64,000 nucleotides of DNA from positions 26-64,025 of the forward strand of contig JACQSF010000034.1 in the NCBI GenBank assembly GCA_016206085.1. The letters run 5' to 3'. Shown here piece after piece: positions 1 to 5,470 of the stretch. The first letter of the stretch is position 1. The number at the start of each line of letters is the position of its first letter. This stretch comes from Candidatus Uhrbacteria bacterium. Lineage in GTDB: Bacteria; Patescibacteriota; Patescibacteriia; UBA9934; GWF2-40-263. A model generated the notes under the pieces. The model saw only the letters and a list, made by a program, of their open reading frames with translations. It ran no database searches and was not told where the DNA came from. Both the position numbers and the translations under genes were made by a program.

Positions 1-37
1 CGCCGAGCCCGAGCTTAAAAAGAAGTTTGATGTTCAT
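1..37 (-). CDS. First 12 codons (MNIKLLFKLGLG...) of a CDS that runs off the left edge
   Basis: ATG is the reverse complement of 35-37. GGAGGA (rc of 41-46) lies just upstream. Too short to identify. Confidence 0.3.
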   Translation of the reverse strand, partial: MNIKLLFKLGLG

Positions 38-115
38 AGTTCCTCCAAAAAGGTTATATCGCAAAGGATTAAAACACGCGCTTGTTTTGATGTAAACCCC
101 CGCCATTGGGGATTC

Positions 116-144
116 TTGACAAAAGCCTTTGTTTATGATATCTT
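116..144 (+). promoter_or_regulatory. sigma70-like promoter (TTGACA, 17 nt spacer, TATCTT)
   Basis: TTGACA at 116-121 and TATCTT at 139-144, in AT-rich context about 125 nt upstream of the ATG at 272. Confidence 0.5.
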
Positions 145-271
145 ATTCATCTGCTGAAAGTGGCGGGTGATAGTGATTTTGGTGTCATTGCGGCACAAAA
201 CTCACTACCACCCCGCTGCTTCCTGCAGTGTCTCAACCTGCGGGTGGCACAACCTCAACCAGGAGAATCCG

Positions 272-772
272 ATGCCCAGCACCGAATCCGAAACCACCAC
301 CGTCCGCACCCACGGCCACGCCGAAGGTCACAACATGACCAAGCGCAAGGGCTTGCTCGCCACCGTCGTCGGTACCGTTTCCTTCGAGGGGGAACTCGAG
401 CCCTGGACCCACAAGCCGGCGCGCGACGGCCGGCCGGAGATGTACCGCTCGAAGGTCAACGGCGTGGAGATCTGGCTCAAGGGCGTCACCCCGCCCAAGA
501 CCCGCTCCCCGATCGTGGGAGCCATCGAGGTCAAGTCCAACCAGGTCACCCAGCACGTCGACGGCGGCGACGAGGTCAGCGAGTACTTGTACGTCAACGT
601 CCTGCCCCTCCCCGAGGGCACGACGCCGACGGTAACGGTCTCCATCGTCCGCCCGCCCAAGGTCGGCCAGGGCAAGGACCGCGTCAAGATCCTCCCCCAG
701 GACTTCGACGAGGCGACCGACTTCGTGGTCGAGCGCCAGGGTCAGCCCTGGCAGGTGATCACGGTCCGCTGA
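272..772 (+). CDS. Hypothetical protein (166 aa) with extreme GC3 codon usage; orphan, probably horizontally acquired
   Basis: AGGAGA lies 5 nt upstream of ATG 272, in the frame of ORF 167..772. By my manual count only about 10 of ~166 codons end in A/T. I recognise no motif. Confidence 0.7.
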   Translation: MPSTESETTTVRTHGHAEGHNMTKRKGLLATVVGTVSFEGELEPWTHKPARDGRPEMYRSKVNGVEIWLKGVTPPKTRSPIVGAIEVKSNQVTQHVDGGDEVSEYLYVNVLPLPEGTTPTVTVSIVRPPKVGQGKDRVKILPQDFDEATDFVVERQGQPWQVITVR

Positions 773-793
773 CCGACCACGCAGCCCCGCTGC

Positions 794-866
794 GAAGAAG
801 AGTCCCCGAGTGATGTCACATCACACGGGAGGAGACTCGACTTCGTTCGGGGCTCTTCTTTTTGTT
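794..866 (+). terminator. Rho-independent terminator (long compound hairpin plus T-run)
   Basis: GAAGAAGAGTCCCCGAG (794-810) pairs with TCGGGGCTCTTCTT (847-860). There is an inner GTGATG/CATCAC hairpin, followed by TTTTTG. Confidence 0.6.
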
Positions 867-883
867 CAAGAGACCCCTCCCGG

Positions 884-937
884 CCTCCCCTTGTGAAGGG
901 GAGGAGAACGCGTTTACCCCTCCTTGAGAAGGAGGGG
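884..937. repeat. Two tandem REP-like GC-rich hairpins
   Basis: CCTCCCCTT-GTG-AAGGGGAGG (884-904) and CCCCTCCTT-GAG-AAGGAGGGG (917-937). Confidence 0.6.
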
Positions 938-978
938 CTAGGGGAGGTCGCTCCGAGTATGCTAAAATTCATCTGATT

Positions 979-2559
979 ATGGAAAGCTCACCACAAAAAT
1001 TCCAAACCGCGTGGCTTGGATACGACGCTCCCTACAAGGATGTTGAATCTCAGCCCATTGTTGCGCTTGTGCGTAAGCAGGGTGTGAAGAAGCGCCTCGC
1101 GCAGGAAGAACACCACATCACCGTCGGGTATTTTCCTGAAGTGAAGCTTGAAGACGTGAACGAATTTGTTCGATCTGGCGAGAAAGATTTTGCCAAACCG
1201 CTCACGACATCAAAAATCAAATTCGATCGTTACGGCTCCATCGCCACAGACGACGGCCACTATGTGTACTTCTCGCCAAGCGAGGATTCAGCCAGCGAGG
1301 CGCGTTTTCTCAAGTCCAGAATCAGTGAGATCGATGGTGTGAGCCAGACAAGCACGACGACCAATCTTCACCTGAGCGTCGGCGGCAAGGATCCGTTTGA
1401 TCACAACAAGGCCCCGCAGGCACCTCTGCCACAGCCATTCTCCGTCGAAGGCCACCTTATTTTTGTGGGCAAAGCCGGCGAGGAGTTTCAACGCTTTTTC
1501 TGGTCAACAGAGAAACAGACATTTCTCCCCGAGGGGTACAAGGAGCCGATAGCGGCTCTACCTGTCCACACCATCGCCATTTTTCCAAAAGTTCAAGTGG
1601 ACACCCTCGTGAGTATTTATCTGTTGAAGGCGTTTGGTGAAGAAGCATTCCCAGGTGTGAAGGAAGCGAAAATTGCGTTCATGAGCAAGGCGCCAGAGGG
1701 CAAGACGCCCGAGGAAACAGAAGCCGAAGGAATGTTGCTCGTCGACCTGGGCGGCATGTTCGATCACCACCGCACCAACACCGAAAGTGGAAAGCGCCAG
1801 GACTGTGCGGCCACGATCATTGCAAGGTATCTAGGCATCGATAAGGAAAAATATCTTGAGAAACTCCTTCAGTGGGCCAAGCGCGATGACTTGGAGGGCA
1901 AGGGCACGATCAGTGAGGATAGTCTCGACCGCGCGTTTGGGTTGAGTGGGGTCATCAGCAATCTCAACCGTGAACTCAAAGAAACACCGCAACAAATCGT
2001 CGAACTCATCCTGCCACTGATTGAGCACCACGTGGATGAGCAGCGTCATCGCGCAGAGGGCCTTCCCAAACTCTACGCGGAGCTTGAGGACGCTGGAAAA
2101 ACGCGACGCTGGAAAATGAAACAGGGAGCGGCAGAGATCAGTGCGGCGGCAGTCGAGTGTGACGATATCGGCATGGCTGGCTGGCTCAAAGCCGTGAAGC
2201 GCATGGACTTGGTTGTCCAGCGCGCACCCACGGGACACACGAACGTCATCACTCGACAAGAGCGATCAATCGACTTGCGGCCAGTGATCGAGAGACTGCG
2301 CGTCGAAGAAGCGATAGCTCTGGGCACTCCCCTCTCGCTTGATAAAACAAAACTACAATCAACCGGCAAAATCGAAGAAGTTCCGATGTGGTACTACGAC
2401 GACGCCGCGAACACCCTGCAAAACGGTGGCATCGACCCGGGACAAATTCCTCCCACCAGGCTTTCTTTCGACAAGGTTATCGACATCCTCACACAAACCC
2501 TCCCTAGCGGCATCATCGGCGCCCTCAAAAGAAGAAAAGAAAAAGAGCTCAAATCCTGA
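979..2559 (+). CDS. Fusion protein: N-terminal 2H phosphoesterase (LigT-like) plus C-terminal DHH/MYG1-like phosphoesterase-type domain
   Basis: Two H-x-[TS]-x motifs: HHITVG (H46/T48) and LHLSVG (H131/S133), 85 aa apart. The C-terminal half has LVDLGGMFDHH (D262-H264), preceded by HTIAIFPKVQVDTLVSIYLLK. Confidence 0.55.
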   Translation: MESSPQKFQTAWLGYDAPYKDVESQPIVALVRKQGVKKRLAQEEHHITVGYFPEVKLEDVNEFVRSGEKDFAKPLTTSKIKFDRYGSIATDDGHYVYFSPSEDSASEARFLKSRISEIDGVSQTSTTTNLHLSVGGKDPFDHNKAPQAPLPQPFSVEGHLIFVGKAGEEFQRFFWSTEKQTFLPEGYKEPIAALPVHTIAIFPKVQVDTLVSIYLLKAFGEEAFPGVKEAKIAFMSKAPEGKTPEETEAEGMLLVDLGGMFDHHRTNTESGKRQDCAATIIARYLGIDKEKYLEKLLQWAKRDDLEGKGTISEDSLDRAFGLSGVISNLNRELKETPQQIVELILPLIEHHVDEQRHRAEGLPKLYAELEDAGKTRRWKMKQGAAEISAAAVECDDIGMAGWLKAVKRMDLVVQRAPTGHTNVITRQERSIDLRPVIERLRVEEAIALGTPLSLDKTKLQSTGKIEEVPMWYYDDAANTLQNGGIDPGQIPPTRLSFDKVIDILTQTLPSGIIGALKRRKEKELKS

Positions 2560-2567
2560 GCTCTTTT
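2541..2567. terminator. Bidirectional hairpin between convergent genes
   Basis: AAAAGAGCTC-aaatcct-GAGCTCTTTT, spanning both stop codons. Confidence 0.5.
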
Positions 2568-2568
2568 T

Positions 2569-3081
2569 CTATCGCTCGTAGTAATACAATTTCGGCGCTC
2601 CCTCGAGTTCATCGATCTTCATCACCTCCCAATCTGGGATCGGCCAGACGTAGGAGACCACCCGGGCGCCGGGTTTCAATTCTGCCTCGAACTTCGGGCG
2701 GATTTTTTGATAGGTCTCAGGCATAAGGAACACATAGAGCGCGTCGTACTCTGAGAGATCATGCTTGAACGCGTTCTCCAGTTTCATCTTAACGCCTGAA
2801 CCAGCCAGCCGATTCTGCAGCCAGCCCACACCGTACTGGAGGATCGAGAGCTCCACGCCTGTCACGTCGGCCTGTGGCTGTTGCTGCTTGAGGTGTCGAC
2901 ACACCCGTGCGTTCCCACATCCAAGCTCCACAAACTTCTCGCCCGGCTGTAGCCCTAACAGTCCCCCCACTCGCTTCATATCCCGCTTCCACGTCGGCAC
3001 CCACGGTGCGCCCTGAATACCGGCATAGGCGGCACTCCCGAGTAGGACGAGGATGATGACAAATAAAATCTGCCAAATCAT
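2569..3081 (-). CDS. Membrane-anchored class I SAM-dependent methyltransferase
   Basis: Start MIWQILF (ATG is rc of 3079-3081). N-terminal TM helix and motif I VELGCGNA. The rest of ORF 2569..3336 is antisense to tRNA genes. Paralogue of 10710..11258. Confidence 0.7.
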   Translation of the reverse strand: MIWQILFVIILVLLGSAAYAGIQGAPWVPTWKRDMKRVGGLLGLQPGEKFVELGCGNARVCRHLKQQQPQADVTGVELSILQYGVGWLQNRLAGSGVKMKLENAFKHDLSEYDALYVFLMPETYQKIRPKFEAELKPGARVVSYVWPIPDWEVMKIDELEGAPKLYYYER

Positions 3082-3122
3082 ATAGACGAGTATACCAAGA
3101 TCGCGTATTATTTTCTCGTTAT

Positions 3123-3197
3123 CGGGCCATAGCGCAGGGGCAGCGCGCTTGCATGGGGTGCAAGAGGCCGTGGGTTCAAATCCCACTGGCCCGACCA
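3123..3197 (+). tRNA. tRNA-Pro (anticodon GGG), CCA encoded
   Basis: Manual cloverleaf: acceptor CGGGCCA/TGGCCCG, anticodon arm CTTGC-ATGGGGT-GCAAG, T-arm GTGGG-TTCAAAT-CCCAC, then ACCA. Confidence 0.85.
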
Positions 3198-3279
3198 ACA
3201 TTGTCGATGAAGAGAAAAGGCTGTAGGCGCTCCGGTTTTTGAGTTCACGAGACGGGAGAGCGATGTTCCAGTGTGGTGT

Positions 3280-3351
3280 CGGGCTGTAGCGCAGGGGTAG
3301 CGCGCTTCGTTCGGGACGAAGAGGCCGTGGGTTCAAATCCCGCCAGCCCGA
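3280..3351 (+). tRNA. tRNA-Pro (anticodon CGG), CCA not encoded
   Basis: Acceptor CGGGCTG/CAGCCCG, anticodon arm CTTCG-TTCGGGA-CGAAG, T-arm GTGGG-TTCAAAT-CCCGC, discriminator A. Confidence 0.85.
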
Positions 3352-3392
3352 CAGCAGACTGGAACCGATAGCCCAAGAAGTCGAACAAAAAA

Positions 3393-3420
3393 ATCCAGGC
3401 TCGAGAGCCTGGATTTTTTT
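3393..3420. terminator. Bidirectional rho-independent terminator
   Basis: AAAAAAATCCAGGCTC-GAGAGCCTGGATTTTTTT. It sits after the tRNA pair (+) and after the minus-strand gene ending at 3431. Confidence 0.7.
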
Positions 3421-3430
3421 GATGAATCAC

Positions 3431-3907
3431 TTATTGAAGATACTGGGCGACAGATGGAATTTTATGAATCGTGGTCGAGTCGCTTGTCAATCCTGAAGCA
3501 GCGATTGCTTCTTTCACATAGCCCTTGAGAATAACGATTTCAACATCAAACTCTTCGGAAAGACCTTCCAGACCAAATCCTTGAGAGATAAGAAGTCGAA
3601 GAAGATCCGTAGAAATGCCCAGGAGCTCCGCTAGGCCATTGGCGAATTCTTCATTCTTCATCAGCTTTGAAAAAGCTGAGTTACTCCCTTGATTCATATA
3701 ATTGCGTAGGTCGTTGGCTTCAACCCCGTGCGTCTGAGCAATCTCACTCCAGGTCATACCTGAATTGATTTCCTCGATGAGAACTTCCGTTGTCGTGTCC
3801 AAAAACAAGGCAAGATCCTCAAGCTTGTGCGTGGTGGCTGCGAAAGAAGGAGCCGCGACGCTCATACCAATAATGATCGCGAGTGCCATGCTAAAAATCA
3901 TTTTCAT
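3431..3907 (-). CDS. Secreted hypothetical protein (signal peptide)
   Basis: N-terminus MKMIFSMALAIIIGMSVAAPSFA-ATT is signal-peptide-like. No recognised domain. Confidence 0.65.
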   Translation of the reverse strand: MKMIFSMALAIIIGMSVAAPSFAATTHKLEDLALFLDTTTEVLIEEINSGMTWSEIAQTHGVEANDLRNYMNQGSNSAFSKLMKNEEFANGLAELLGISTDLLRLLISQGFGLEGLSEEFDVEIVILKGYVKEAIAASGLTSDSTTIHKIPSVAQYLQ

Positions 3908-3964
3908 AAAGCGTAGAAAATGAATTAATCTAACATGGCAGTCTAGCAGAAAATAGGACTTTTG

Positions 3965-4966
3965 TCAATAATCTAACCCCTTTCTGACCTTCACTCCTGA
4001 ATAAAAATAGTGCTTACGCAGGCGCATGTCCGTCACAAGATGCGCTCGATCAATGAACGCCTGTGGCGCATTCCGACCTGTGAGGACGATCTCAATGTGA
4101 TCAGATTTCTGATCAAGAAGCGTGAGAACCTCACGCTCATCGACAATCCCAAGATCGGTACTGGAGTTAACTTCATCTAAAATCAACAGGTCATATTCAT
4201 TTGATGCAACCAAAACCACGGCCTTTGCTAACCCCTCTGCACCCAATCGACGGTCTTCATCGGTTATCGTGAAATCAAATCGGCCGGTAACAGGATCAAT
4301 TCGATCGCGTCCAAACGCGAACCAGGGCACGCCGAGTTTCTCGAGCACCGCCCGCTCCATATAGTGCTCCCCTCCCTTGTCGAAAAAAATAATCGCCGCA
4401 CGCTTCCCCGCTCCCACCGCACGCATGATCTCCCCGAGCGCGGCGGTCGTCTTGCCCTTACCATTTCCAGTAAAAAGCTGAATCAACCCAAATCCTTCAC
4501 GTCCCTTAATCTCATCATCCGCTGCCACGACGATTCCCTCGTGCTGGCGATACGCGTTTATCACATCGATACCAGGGAGTGGATCTGTGCCAGGAGGATC
4601 CTGCCGAGGATCAATCCACTGGAACTCGTTGTGTTCCTCAGAAAGCCGGATCTCAGGATTGCCAATCAGACGGACGATGTAAAAAATACCGACAATAGGA
4701 TGATTGAGCGTATCCCCACCGACTCCCCAAAGACCCACATGAATCGGCATATCGATTTGAACATCCTTAGGCGTGAAGCCAAGCTCTTCCTGCAATTCTC
4801 GCAAAAGACCCTCCTGTGAGGTCTCTCCTGTATCCATACGACCACCAGGAAAATCCCACTTCCCATCAGCCCCTGTGTGATCGAGTTTCCCCGCGTCACG
4901 CACAAGAAGAATCTTCCCTTGTTGATTGACGATCACGGCCTTATTGGCGACAAATTTCTTTTCCAT
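3965..4966 (-). CDS. Nudix hydrolase fused to ATP:cob(I)alamin adenosyltransferase (CobO/CobA/BtuR family)
   Basis: Nudix box GGRMDTGETSQEGLLRELQEELGF. C-terminal half has FTGNGKGKTTAALG...LLILDEVN...IVLTGRNAP...GVKVRKGLDY, matching BtuR/CobA blocks. Confidence 0.85.
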   Translation of the reverse strand: MEKKFVANKAVIVNQQGKILLVRDAGKLDHTGADGKWDFPGGRMDTGETSQEGLLRELQEELGFTPKDVQIDMPIHVGLWGVGGDTLNHPIVGIFYIVRLIGNPEIRLSEEHNEFQWIDPRQDPPGTDPLPGIDVINAYRQHEGIVVAADDEIKGREGFGLIQLFTGNGKGKTTAALGEIMRAVGAGKRAAIIFFDKGGEHYMERAVLEKLGVPWFAFGRDRIDPVTGRFDFTITDEDRRLGAEGLAKAVVLVASNEYDLLILDEVNSSTDLGIVDEREVLTLLDQKSDHIEIVLTGRNAPQAFIDRAHLVTDMRLRKHYFYSGVKVRKGLDY

Positions 4967-5059
4967 ACAACTCTATGATAGCAGATCAGAACTCTTGATC
5001 TTTTTCTCTCTCTTTTGTATGCTTCATGGCCTCAATTCCACGGAGATTTGGAATCATGA

Positions 5060-5368
5060 GTGATCGACTGCTCTGCCACATCGGCCGGTCGCCGGGAACG
5101 TCACCGGTACCGACCAAAAAAAAAATCATCTGGCCGCATCGGGGTCGGACGACAATGGGAAGAGAATACCCCCGCGGCTGTCCTCGTCTTAAGTGAAGCT
5201 CGCAGGATCAAGAACCGACCCCTTACCTGGCAGGAGGTCCTCGCCATCCTCAAGAAGTCGCCCCCCAAGGACATCCCACCGCTACGCAAGCGAGAAATCC
5301 TCCAAGCCAACGGCCTCATCCGATCCATCGGTGACGGCACCTGGGAGATCATTCCTCCAACTTCCTGA
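5060..5368 (+). CDS. Small hypothetical protein, GC-rich; start uncertain (GTG 5060, or ATG 5056 in another frame before an A10 run)
   Basis: ORF track 5060..5368. G/C-biased third positions. Followed by a CCCACC...GGTGGG-TTTTT hairpin at about 5388-5420. Confidence 0.45.
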   Translation: MIDCSATSAGRRERHRYRPKKKSSGRIGVGRQWEENTPAAVLVLSEARRIKNRPLTWQEVLAILKKSPPKDIPPLRKREILQANGLIRSIGDGTWEIIPPTS

Positions 5369-5429
5369 CGGTCATCCGATCGCCTGCCCACCATCACCCC
5401 AACGGAGACGGTGGGTTTTTCAACTCTCC

Positions 5430-5465
5430 AAAAAAAGAACCAGGGGAAACCTGGTTCTTTTTTTG
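5430..5465. terminator. Bidirectional rho-independent terminator
   Basis: AAAAAAAGAACCAGG-ggaaa-CCTGGTTCTTTTTTT, immediately 3' of the nrdJ stop (5471-5473). Confidence 0.75.
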
Positions 5466-5470
5466 ACAGA

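Noticed and set aside
160-813. Overlapping ORFs 160..813(+), 233..556(-), 328..687(-) and 742..972(-)
   Set aside because: These are artefacts of the very high GC of this segment, where stop codons are rare in all frames. Only the frame of 272..772 has an RBS and strong third-position G/C bias. ORF 742..972 translates the terminator and REP hairpins.
2569-3336. 255-aa ORF extending the methyltransferase upstream across 3082-3336
   Set aside because: The first 85 codons are the antisense translation of the two tRNA-Pro genes (GFEPT-type peptide). A proper ATG (MIWQILF) with a TM helix begins at 3081.
3245-3430. 61-aa minus-strand ORF
   Set aside because: It is antisense to tRNA-Pro(CGG) and to the bidirectional terminator, so it is not coding.
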